Notes under the pieces: model-generated
What the model saw: the letters and a program-made list of their open reading frames with translations, nothing else
What the model was told of the DNA's origin: nothing
Database searches by the model: none
From: Edaphobacter aggregans
GTDB lineage: Bacteria; Acidobacteriota; Terriglobia; Terriglobales; Acidobacteriaceae
Assembly: GCF_003945235.1 (NCBI RefSeq)
Contig: NZ_RSDW01000001.1
Span: forward strand, 330,001-362,000
DNA length: 32,000 nt
Direction of reading: 5' to 3'
Made by a program: the position numbers and the translations under genes
Shown here: positions 1 to 8,027 of the stretch, one piece after another
How positions within the stretch are numbered: position 1 is the stretch's first letter
How the letters are laid out: each line of letters begins with the position of its first letter

Positions 1-567
1 CGGCGACCTGATATCGCTGCGGCAGAGCGCAGGGTCGCCTCTGCCAATGCTCAGATCGGTGTAGCGATTGCGGCTTACTACCCGCAGATATCGCTCTCTG
101 CGGCTGGCGGATTTGAAAGTGCTGCTATCGGGACGTTGATACAAGGGCCGAGTGCGCTTTGGTCCGTCGGGGGCTCCGCGGTACAAACGGTGCTCGATGG
201 AGGGCGTCGGCGAGCTGTTACCCAGCAGGCGCGTGACAACCATGAAGCGACCGTCGCGAGTTATCGGGAAAATGTACTCGAGGCCTTTCAACAGGTAGAA
301 GACAATTTGGCGGCACTACGACTGCTGGAACAAGAGTTAACGACCCAGCAGGTGGCCGTGGCTTCTGCGCGGAGATCGGTCGATTTATCGACGACACGGT
401 ATAAACGCGGCATCACAACCTATCTTGAAGTGCTCACGGCGCAGAGTACGGCACTCTCGAATGAGCGAACAGCAGCCGACCTGATGACGCGTCGGATGAC
501 GGCTAGCGTCCAGCTGATCAAGGCACTTGGCGGCGGTTGGGATAGAAGTCAACTTCCAAAGATGTAG
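1..567 (+). CDS. Efflux transporter outer-membrane factor, NodT/TolC family (C-terminal part; 5' end lies outside the window)
   Basis: Frame 1 is open from base 1 (RRPDIAAAERRVASANAQIGVAIAAYYPQISLSAAGGFES...) and runs into the listed ORF 136..567. The 'AAYYPxxSL' motif, the coiled-coil segment 'LEAFQQVEDNLAALRLLEQEL' and the C-terminal 'LIKALGGGW' are typical of NodT-type OMF proteins. Confidence 0.8.
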   Translation, partial: RRPDIAAAERRVASANAQIGVAIAAYYPQISLSAAGGFESAAIGTLIQGPSALWSVGGSAVQTVLDGGRRRAVTQQARDNHEATVASYRENVLEAFQQVEDNLAALRLLEQELTTQQVAVASARRSVDLSTTRYKRGITTYLEVLTAQSTALSNERTAADLMTRRMTASVQLIKALGGGWDRSQLPKM

Positions 568-570
568 ACC

Positions 571-1311
571 ATGGTTTCAATGAGTATGCCTAAAACACCT
601 GCAGCAAAATCGAAACGTGCCTCCAGGGTGACCCCGAATCCGGAGACCTTTCAGGATTCGACGCGGATGACGCACGGCACGACGATCGAGATACATCGGT
701 CTACGCGTGATCGTATTCGATTAGCTCTGTTGAAAAGGATCTCCGAAGGCACATATCTACCCGGAGAGCGTCTCAAGGAGTTGGCCCTGGCGAATGAATT
801 TGAGGTGAGTCAGGCACCTGTACGGGAGGCATTTCGCGAGTTGGAAGCGCTTGGTGTGCTGGTTTCAGAGCATTATCGCGGAACACGGGTCAGAGAGATA
901 TCAACACGAGAAACAAAGGACGTTTATCAACTGCGCGGATACCTGGAGGAGATCGCGGCACAACTCATTCCCTTGTCGAAGCTACAGGAAGAGATGGGTT
1001 CTATTGAGGCACAACAGATGATAATGCGGACGGCTGCACGAAGTGGTGACTTGGATCGCTTTGCCCGCGCCAATGTACAGTTTCATCGAAGTATCGTCGG
1101 CTTAGCGTCGAATCAAATCCTACCGAAGATCTGGGATTCTCTCGAGATCGGGATGCGGTCTCGGCTGAACTTACAGAAGAACGAAGACCGACTGCTCTCC
1201 CTAGCGGAGATTCATCAGCCTATTGTGGATACGTTGAAGCTGGGAGATTTGAAACGAACGGGAGTGCTGTTGCGGGAACACGCATTTTCCTTTTTAGACA
1301 ACCTACCTTAG
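571..1311 (+). CDS. GntR family transcriptional regulator (FadR/FCD subfamily)
   Basis: It has a winged-HTH 'LKELALANEFEVSQAPVREAFRELEALGVLV' followed by an all-helical FCD-like C-terminal domain. The ATG at 571 lies 3 nt after the upstream stop. The first ~32 aa look like low-information leader, so ATG 667 (MTHGTT...) is an alternative start. Confidence 0.85.
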   Translation: MVSMSMPKTPAAKSKRASRVTPNPETFQDSTRMTHGTTIEIHRSTRDRIRLALLKRISEGTYLPGERLKELALANEFEVSQAPVREAFRELEALGVLVSEHYRGTRVREISTRETKDVYQLRGYLEEIAAQLIPLSKLQEEMGSIEAQQMIMRTAARSGDLDRFARANVQFHRSIVGLASNQILPKIWDSLEIGMRSRLNLQKNEDRLLSLAEIHQPIVDTLKLGDLKRTGVLLREHAFSFLDNLP

Positions 1312-1340
1312 GGATGTCATCAGACAAGTAAAAAAACTAA

Positions 1341-2201
1341 TTACACCCGAAGCTTGCGAAGATAGGCACGGCTGACCTTGATGCTCGCCACTACCGGACC
1401 ACTGGTCTCGTCCTGATCGAGAAAGGCATATCGAATCCCCTGCGCGCGGGCTTGTGCCAGCAGCGCCGGCCAATCGATCGTGCCTCGTCCCAACTCCGTG
1501 AAGTTCTCTGAGTGTTTATCCATGTCGTAGGTCGTCGGTGCACCTGCAATCCGGTCCTTCATGTGCACCAGGCGCACACGGTCAGGATGGCTCTTCAGCA
1601 CCTCCATCGGATTCTGTCCGGCCTGCGTCAGCCAGTACATATCCAGCTCTAGCTTTACCAGCTTGGGATCTGTATGGTCCATCAATTGACGGAAGCCATT
1701 GCTGCCATCAATTGGCTTAAACTCATAGTCGTGGTTATGGAAGACAAACTCCATGCCGCGCGACCGCGCTCCCTCGCCCACACGGTTGAAGAGCTCGGCG
1801 GCCTTCCGGAAGCCTTCGAGCGAGGTCCATTGATCCTTCGGCAGCATTGGACACACAAAATACTTCAGTCCGAGTTGTTGCGCGAAGTCCAGCTTCTCTT
1901 CGAGACCGACATAGTCGAAGTGCCCTGCCACCGCACCAAGCCCCGCGTCCTGCACCATGCGCCGGAGTTCTGTTGCTGACCGGTTGTATGCGATGGGGTA
2001 GAGTTCGACCTGCTCAAATCCTGCGTCGTGAATCTCGCGCAGAACACCAACGAGATCACTCTCCGCCTGACGCCGCAGCATGTAGAGCTGCACCCCGTAC
2101 GTCATGCCACCACCATCACCGAATGCAACGCCCCTGCCAAGTACACAACCCGCCGCCGCTGCAGCAAGCGAAGCCTTCAAAAAACTACGTCTTGAGCTCA
2201 T
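1341..2201 (-). CDS. Sugar phosphate isomerase/epimerase (xylose-isomerase-like TIM barrel) with twin-arginine leader
   Basis: The N-terminus 'MSSRRSFLKASLAAAAAGCVLG' matches the Tat consensus S-R-R-x-F-L-K. The body is AP_endonuc_2-like ('VFHNHDYEF', 'LELDMYW', 'VHMKD'). The ATG at 2201 is preceded by AAGAGGAG at 4-nt spacing. Confidence 0.8.
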   Translation of the reverse strand: MSSRRSFLKASLAAAAAGCVLGRGVAFGDGGGMTYGVQLYMLRRQAESDLVGVLREIHDAGFEQVELYPIAYNRSATELRRMVQDAGLGAVAGHFDYVGLEEKLDFAQQLGLKYFVCPMLPKDQWTSLEGFRKAAELFNRVGEGARSRGMEFVFHNHDYEFKPIDGSNGFRQLMDHTDPKLVKLELDMYWLTQAGQNPMEVLKSHPDRVRLVHMKDRIAGAPTTYDMDKHSENFTELGRGTIDWPALLAQARAQGIRYAFLDQDETSGPVVASIKVSRAYLRKLRV

Positions 2202-2218
2202 GCCACTCCTCTTTGATT

Positions 2219-3118
2219 TTATTTGTCTTCTTCAGCGCTGGGATGCTTGCCCGTAAACGGTGAGCAGCATGGTTCCTTCGATGGTGTGAATTCCATGTAC
2301 TCCACCCGCGTAAGGTCAGGATCGAAGAGATTGAGCTGCACTTTGCCGTCGCGTCCGTCCTGGGTCTTCGTGCAATTTGGTCCCTCACATTTGTTCCGTT
2401 GCAGCGCGGCGACAGCATCGCTCATGTGCACTACACCGAGCGAGAAATGATCCATCACACCAGCTTGCCGCAGACTAGGTGACGGATCCGCGTTCAGCAT
2501 ATATTCCAGCCAATCCGTGCCCTCAGGCACCTGCAGGCTGACCCAATCTGTGCTTTGCTCATTCCGCCCGCCATGCCAGTACGGCTTGAAGCCCAACACC
2601 CCCTGCCAGAAGGCATTCTCTTTCTCGCGATCCCGTACGATAAAGCCAACGTGGATGATGCGCCCGCTGGTCGCGTTTGGTGAAGACGGTGCGTTCGCTA
2701 CCAGTTTATCGGAACCGCTCTGCACGAAGATAACCAGATTGCCCTCGGGATCCCGCACACCGAACTTTCCAGCCTTCAATGGTATCTCCGCCTTGATGCC
2801 ATGCGCCGACAGGTAACGCTCCAGTCCGGCTGCATCGCGCGTAGTGAACGCGACCGCGGCCATGCGGACATTCTCCTTGGGAGGCGCAGATGGCACCACT
2901 TCGATCCATTGCGAACGATTCACAGGGTAGAGCCACTCGCCGCCCACCTCATGTCGCTGAAAGCCCAACGTATTCCCGTAGAATTTCTCGGCTCCGGTTG
3001 GATCTGTCGTATAGAAGCGTGCAAACGCGATTCCAGTGATTGCTGGACGCTTTGCCTCCTGCGCCAACATAAAAGCGGAAGTAGCAATGACACACCCAAG
3101 CAACAAGGTTCGTTTCAT
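2219..3118 (-). CDS. Secreted two-domain VOC (glyoxalase/bleomycin-resistance/extradiol-dioxygenase) family protein
   Basis: It has two tandem VOC-like halves ('ITGIAFARFYTTDPTGAEKFY...' and 'IIHVGFIVRDREKENAFWQGVLGF...'). The Sec-type leader 'MKRTLLLGCVIATSAFMLAQE' begins at ATG 3118. The listed ORF extends to 3175 but those extra 19 aa look non-coding. Confidence 0.7.
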   Translation of the reverse strand: MKRTLLLGCVIATSAFMLAQEAKRPAITGIAFARFYTTDPTGAEKFYGNTLGFQRHEVGGEWLYPVNRSQWIEVVPSAPPKENVRMAAVAFTTRDAAGLERYLSAHGIKAEIPLKAGKFGVRDPEGNLVIFVQSGSDKLVANAPSSPNATSGRIIHVGFIVRDREKENAFWQGVLGFKPYWHGGRNEQSTDWVSLQVPEGTDWLEYMLNADPSPSLRQAGVMDHFSLGVVHMSDAVAALQRNKCEGPNCTKTQDGRDGKVQLNLFDPDLTRVEYMEFTPSKEPCCSPFTGKHPSAEEDK

Positions 3119-3171
3119 AAGTCGAAACTCTAGCGGATACGGGCTGCTTCGGTCAAAGCATTCGTTAAAGA

Positions 3172-4533
3172 TCACCCTCTAATCTTTTTCGCACTCGCAT
3201 CCCAGGCCGCAATCGTCTTGTTGAAGTAAGCGTAGTTGGCAAGGTGGCAACCGATAGCCGCGTTGTTTCCGAACACCTCGTTTTCTACCGTCGGTTTCCG
3301 TGTCCTCACCGCCTGAAAGAAGTTGGCCTCGTGATCTGCAACATCGCTGTATTGGGGCGGTGTCGTGTACTCTTCTACAGAATCATCCACCTTGTAGTTG
3401 AGCGGCATTTGCTGCGGATGCTCTGCCTTCCATTTCGCCATATACTCGTTCCGCATCTCTGCAGGCCAACCCATAACTGCATAGCTCTGTGGCTGTTCGC
3501 GCGTATCCTGGGGTCTGTATGTCAGCGTCGAGCCTCTGATGATCAACGTGCCCTTGGTGCCATAGAATCCGATAAACTCTCCACCCTCGTTGTTCTGATT
3601 GCAACGAATCGAGACCTTGAACTTCGGATAGTCATACTGAGTCTCCAACAGATCAGGAAAATCCCGGCCATCCTTCCAGCGATACAGACCGCCCGTCGAT
3701 TGGGCCCTGCTGGGCACCGTATTCGTGCCTGTGATGAAGTGGATCCCAGAGATGAGATGGACAAACAAATCTCCACCCAAACCTTCGCCGTAGTCCTGGA
3801 AGCAGCGCCATCGGAAGAAACGAGCCGCATCGAAGGGCCGCTTCGGCGCGTCAGCAAGGAAGGCCGTCCAATCAATCGTCTTTTCGCTCGCATCGGGTGG
3901 AATGGGATATTGCCAGGAGCCTCCGGATGAATTTCTGTCCCAGTAGGCCTGGATGTAATAGACGTCTCCAAGCCTGCCCGAGTCATAGATCTCTTTGGCC
4001 TTGACATATAAAACGGAACTAACCCGCTGACTCCCGACCTGCACTATGCGGCTTCCCTTCTGTGCAGCTTCAACCATCGCGAAACCATCCTCGACATTAT
4101 GAGACATCGGCTTTTCGCAATAGACATCCTTACCGGCAGCACAGGCATCCACGACAACTCTGTGATGCTGGTGATCAGTGACCGCCACAATGACGACATC
4201 AACATCCTTGCGGTCGAGGATCTCTTTGTAATTGCGCGTGACATCGACATTTTTCTGAATAGCTTCTCTGGCAGCATACTGATGGCCGTCATAAAGATCG
4301 CAGGCAGCCACGCACTCAACCCCTGGAACAAGCAGCGATGCTCTGAGCAATTCGCAGCCACGTATACCCGTACCGATTGCGGCAAAGCGCACTGTGTCAC
4401 TGGGTGCGACCGCACGGCCTGCGCCCCACATGGCAATAGGCTCCAGTGCCATCGCTCTAGCAACAGCCTGGGTCACGATAGATCCTGCGCCAAGCCGCAC
4501 GAGACTCCTGCGTGTCAAAAAATAATTAGCCAT
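3172..4533 (-). CDS. Gfo/Idh/MocA family oxidoreductase with twin-arginine leader
   Basis: The Tat-type leader is 'MANYFLTRRSLVRLGAGSIVTQAVARAMA'. The Rossmann segment is 'RFAAIGTGIRG' and the family 'EKP' motif is 'VYCEKPMSHN'. ATG 4533 is preceded by GAAAGGA at 4-nt spacing, whereas the ORF-track start at 4563 is a GTG. Confidence 0.85.
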   Translation of the reverse strand: MANYFLTRRSLVRLGAGSIVTQAVARAMALEPIAMWGAGRAVAPSDTVRFAAIGTGIRGCELLRASLLVPGVECVAACDLYDGHQYAAREAIQKNVDVTRNYKEILDRKDVDVVIVAVTDHQHHRVVVDACAAGKDVYCEKPMSHNVEDGFAMVEAAQKGSRIVQVGSQRVSSVLYVKAKEIYDSGRLGDVYYIQAYWDRNSSGGSWQYPIPPDASEKTIDWTAFLADAPKRPFDAARFFRWRCFQDYGEGLGGDLFVHLISGIHFITGTNTVPSRAQSTGGLYRWKDGRDFPDLLETQYDYPKFKVSIRCNQNNEGGEFIGFYGTKGTLIIRGSTLTYRPQDTREQPQSYAVMGWPAEMRNEYMAKWKAEHPQQMPLNYKVDDSVEEYTTPPQYSDVADHEANFFQAVRTRKPTVENEVFGNNAAIGCHLANYAYFNKTIAAWDASAKKIRG

Positions 4534-4873
4534 GAGATCCTTTCTTCCTGAAAATCCCCTCACAGCACGATCAGTTTGGCGCGATCTGAGAGCTGTGTTT
4601 TTTCAAGGATGATTCTCGCACGGGACAAGCAACGTGTGCGGACGAATTAAGTCGATAAGCAGCAGTTGTCTCCCGGGGGCAGATCGAAAAAATTGCGTCT
4701 TCGGACAATCGTCAATACACTTCTCTCCGAGCAGGATTGCTCTGGCTGCTGTGTGCTGAAACGATTTTCCAGTTTTTGCAAGCGAGGCTGCAGCAAGCTG
4801 GAGCATCGACTGAAGCTCCTGTAGCGAGACGCTTCGGGCACGACCTGATTTTTCAAGCTTGTAAGGAGAACTC
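4534..4873. promoter_or_regulatory. Divergent intergenic control region between the two oxidoreductase operons
   Basis: This 340-nt non-coding gap separates oppositely oriented genes. It contains the AAGGAG ribosome-binding site (4863-4868) for the TTG start at 4874. It also has three direct copies of TTTTT(G)CAAG, at 4597-4608, 4772-4783 and 4847-4858. I could not define any promoter boxes. Confidence 0.5.
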
Positions 4874-5770
4874 TTGCGCCACTCTCGGAACCTTCTCTTC
4901 CTTTCATTCGCTCTATTCAATCTTGGAATCTTCCTTCAAACCTGCTTTGCACAGCAACAAACGGCACAAAACGTTGCGGTGCCGCCCCCGCCGCATGGTA
5001 AGCAGATCCACTTGAAGCACGTTCTCGTGATTGGTCAGACAAAGGGGTTTGAGCACGATTCCGTCTCGCCCGCGATGGCCGCCATCTACACCATGGGTAA
5101 AGATAGCGGACTATGGGACACAACGATGCGGACCGACACTGAACTGCTCACAAAAAAAGAACTCACAAAAAATGCTAAAAACCTGAACTACTTTGACGCT
5201 TTGATCTTCGCAAGCACGACGGGTGAATTGGATATGGATCCAAGCCAGAAGCAGGACATGATGTCCTTCATCAAGGAAGACGGAAAGGGCTTCGTCGGTA
5301 TCCATGCGGCACTTGATACGAACTACACATGGGCAGAGTACGGAGAGATGATTGGCGGGTGGTTTGATCAGCATCCATGGATGACATTCAATGCACCGAT
5401 CATCAACGAAGATCCGAACTTTCCTGCTGTACGTCACCTTCCAAAGGAATTCGTAAAATACGACGAAATCTATCAGCCCAAGGACTGGTCACGAGACAAG
5501 GTCGACGTTTTACTCAGCCTAGATCCGACAAAGCTCGACTATACGAATAACCCGCGCATTCACCGAAATGATCATGACTTCCCTGTGGCTTGGAGCAAGC
5601 CCTACGGCAAAGGTCGCGTCTTCTACTCAACACTCGGCCACACGGAAGAGTCCTGGGAAGACCCAGACATCCGGAAGATGTATTTCGAAGCGATCAAATG
5701 GACGCTCGGCATGACAGAAGGAAACACGTCATCTCATCCGCGGCCGGCGACGTCCACGCAAAGCCACTAA
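4874..5770 (+). CDS. ThuA domain-containing protein (trehalose-utilisation-like), secreted
   Basis: The TTG start sits 5 nt after AAGGAG. The Sec leader is 'LLFLSFALFNLGIFLQTCFAQQ'. ThuA-like segments are 'VLVIGQTKGFEHDS', 'GKGFVGIHAALDT' and 'GRVFYSTLGHTEE'. Confidence 0.8.
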   Translation: MRHSRNLLFLSFALFNLGIFLQTCFAQQQTAQNVAVPPPPHGKQIHLKHVLVIGQTKGFEHDSVSPAMAAIYTMGKDSGLWDTTMRTDTELLTKKELTKNAKNLNYFDALIFASTTGELDMDPSQKQDMMSFIKEDGKGFVGIHAALDTNYTWAEYGEMIGGWFDQHPWMTFNAPIINEDPNFPAVRHLPKEFVKYDEIYQPKDWSRDKVDVLLSLDPTKLDYTNNPRIHRNDHDFPVAWSKPYGKGRVFYSTLGHTEESWEDPDIRKMYFEAIKWTLGMTEGNTSSHPRPATSTQSH

Positions 5771-5803
5771 ATAAGTTTGATTTGAAGGAGCACACAGCAT
5801 TCA

Positions 5804-6976
5804 ATGAAGAAAACTGGTATGGGCCTGATAGGCCCCGGATTCGTGGCAGCTCATCATATTGACGCAGTCCGGCGACTGGGCGATGTGGACGTAGTCGCCG
5901 TCGCAGGTTCGTCACAGGAGTCGGCCAACAAAAAGGCAAAAGAGTACAAAGTCGACCGCGCGTACGGCGACTTCCATACACTGATCGCTGACCCCGACAT
6001 ACAAGTGATCCACAACACAACGCCGAACTACCTGCATCTCCCTGTAACAATGGCTGCGCTCCAAGCCGGCAAACATGTCATCTCTGACAAACCGCTGGCA
6101 ATGAACCCGGAGGAAGGACGCAAACTCCGCAATGCCGCCGTTGCCGCGAAGGTGGGGAACGTTGTCACCTTCAACTATCGCGGGAACCCACTGGTCCAGC
6201 AGGCACGCGGCATGATCGCAAGAGGCGAAACAGAAGGCCTGAGCTTTATACACGGCCACTATCTGCAGGACTGGATGACTGACCCGAACGTCTATTCCTG
6301 GAGATCTGATCCTGCAAAGGGCGGCGTGAGTTCCGCTCTGGGCGACATCGGTTCTCACTGGTGCGATCTCGCAGAGCATGTATCTGGATTGAAGATCGAC
6401 TCTGTGCTGGCTGATCTCACAACCGTCATCCCGATTCGCTACTCCTCCGGAGCTTCCGCTGAAGCATTTTCAAAGGAGAGTACTGGGGAGCGCACGCCTG
6501 TGCGGGTGCAATCGGAGGATCTAGCCAGCGTACTGCTCCGATTTGAGAATGGCACGAAGGGATGCTTCTCGGTAGGGCAGGTTCTACCCGGCCACAAGAA
6601 CGATTTGCAACTCGAGCTGAACGGACGGGCCTTCTCCCTGAAGTGGAAGCAGGAGGAGCAGAATGAGCTTTGGATTGGCCGACATAATCAGCCAAATGGG
6701 GTAATGATGAAGGACCCTTCTCTGGTGTCGCCTGATGCGCTCCGTTACATTCATCTGCCTGGCGGACACCAAGAATCCTGGGCGGATGCATTTTTCAATT
6801 TGATCCGAGATGCGTATGAATGGATCTGCGAAGGAGCACCACCCGATGCAAAGCCCACAATGCTCCCTACCTTTGAGGATGGCTACCGTTCCACATGCCT
6901 TATAGACGCAATGCTGAAAAGTCACGCTGCGGGCGGTGTATGGGAGAAAGTAAAGCATATATCGGTGGGTGAGTAG
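5804..6976 (+). CDS. Gfo/Idh/MocA family oxidoreductase (no signal peptide)
   Basis: The N-terminal Rossmann segment is 'MKKTGMGLIGPGFVAAHHIDAV' and the family motif variant is 'VISDKPLAMN'. A C-terminal alpha/beta domain follows. GAAGGAG lies upstream. Confidence 0.85.
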   Translation: MKKTGMGLIGPGFVAAHHIDAVRRLGDVDVVAVAGSSQESANKKAKEYKVDRAYGDFHTLIADPDIQVIHNTTPNYLHLPVTMAALQAGKHVISDKPLAMNPEEGRKLRNAAVAAKVGNVVTFNYRGNPLVQQARGMIARGETEGLSFIHGHYLQDWMTDPNVYSWRSDPAKGGVSSALGDIGSHWCDLAEHVSGLKIDSVLADLTTVIPIRYSSGASAEAFSKESTGERTPVRVQSEDLASVLLRFENGTKGCFSVGQVLPGHKNDLQLELNGRAFSLKWKQEEQNELWIGRHNQPNGVMMKDPSLVSPDALRYIHLPGGHQESWADAFFNLIRDAYEWICEGAPPDAKPTMLPTFEDGYRSTCLIDAMLKSHAAGGVWEKVKHISVGE

Positions 6977-7028
6977 ACGCATTCTTCGAAAGAGACGATT
7001 TTAACCAAAGGAAATCAGGAGTCATCGC

Positions 7029-7988
7029 ATGAAACTGGGAGTATTTACGCCACTACTGTCGCAGCTGTCATTGGAGAACGTACTTGTGAAGCTGCAATCC
7101 CTCCAGGTCAGCACCGTAGAACTAGCGACGGGAAACTATCCGGGTAACGCGCACTGCAAGTTATCGATGCTGGAAGATGCGGTCGCACTGAAAGACTTCA
7201 GGCGCCAGTTGGAGGATAACGGCACAAGCATCAGCGCTCTCAGCTGTCATGGAAATCCCCTACATCCGGATCCAGTCCAGGCAAAGCAAGCGCAGGAAGT
7301 GAATCGCCAGACAATTCTGCTAGCGGAGGAACTGGGCGTGCCAGTCGTGGTCGATTTCTCCGGCTGCCCCGGTGATTCACCAGGTGCCAAAGCACCCAAC
7401 TGGGTAACCTGCCCGTGGCCACCGGAGTATCTCGATGTACTGGCGTGGCAATGGGATGAAGTAGTGGCGCCATACTGGGCAAAGCGCGCAGAGTTCGCCG
7501 CGCAACACGGAGTCAAGATTGCCATTGAGATGCACCCCGGATTTGTAGTCTATAGCCCTGAAACCATGCTTCGCCTCCGCGCAATTGCAGGCCCATCGAT
7601 AGGCTGCAACTACGATCCGAGCCATATGTTCTGGCAAGGCATAGATCCAATCGCGGCAATACGAATTCTAGGCGACGCGATCTTCCACGTTCATGCAAAG
7701 GACACACAACTCTACCCAACAAACATGCCGCGCACAGGTGTTCTCGACACCAAGCCTTACACAGATGAACGGAACCGTGGATGGATATTCCGCACCTGTG
7801 GTTACGGACATGGCGCAGCATGGTGGAAAGAGTTCGTATCCACGCTAAGGATGTTTGGCTATGACAATGTGCTCTCCATTGAACATGAAGACAGCCTGCT
7901 GTCTCCAGAAGAAGGTCTTCGAAAGGCCGTCCAGTTTTTGAACGAGGTCGTTATCAAAGAGGAGCCTGCATCCGCATGGTGGGTATAA
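7029..7988 (+). CDS. Sugar phosphate isomerase/epimerase (xylose-isomerase-like TIM barrel), cytoplasmic
   Basis: Metal-site-like segments are 'KIAIEMHPG', 'HVHAKD' and 'LSIEHED'. There is no leader peptide. AGGAG lies 7 nt before the ATG. Confidence 0.8.
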   Translation: MKLGVFTPLLSQLSLENVLVKLQSLQVSTVELATGNYPGNAHCKLSMLEDAVALKDFRRQLEDNGTSISALSCHGNPLHPDPVQAKQAQEVNRQTILLAEELGVPVVVDFSGCPGDSPGAKAPNWVTCPWPPEYLDVLAWQWDEVVAPYWAKRAEFAAQHGVKIAIEMHPGFVVYSPETMLRLRAIAGPSIGCNYDPSHMFWQGIDPIAAIRILGDAIFHVHAKDTQLYPTNMPRTGVLDTKPYTDERNRGWIFRTCGYGHGAAWWKEFVSTLRMFGYDNVLSIEHEDSLLSPEEGLRKAVQFLNEVVIKEEPASAWWV

Positions 7989-8027
7989 CACTTGAGCTAG
8001 AGGAATTCGGCAATTGCAATCCTTCCA

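Noticed and set aside
4561-4603. A hairpin (CACAGC/GCTGTG) followed by T6 resembles an intrinsic terminator on the plus strand.
   Set aside because: No plus-strand gene ends upstream of it. The stem is only 6 bp with a 25-nt loop. It lies in the 5' region of the minus-strand oxidoreductase gene.
4586-4852. 'CTGAGA' and 'ACCTGAT' strings are reminiscent of TPP-riboswitch core motifs.
   Set aside because: They are about 260 nt apart and have no surrounding conserved helices. No thiamine genes are adjacent.
4603-4920. A 105-aa minus-strand ORF lies in the divergent control region. I considered it as a possible small regulator.
   Set aside because: It would overlap the ThuA signal-peptide coding region by 47 nt. 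It has no ribosome-binding site and no recognisable fold or motif, and it sits in a stretch that reads better as a promoter/UTR region.
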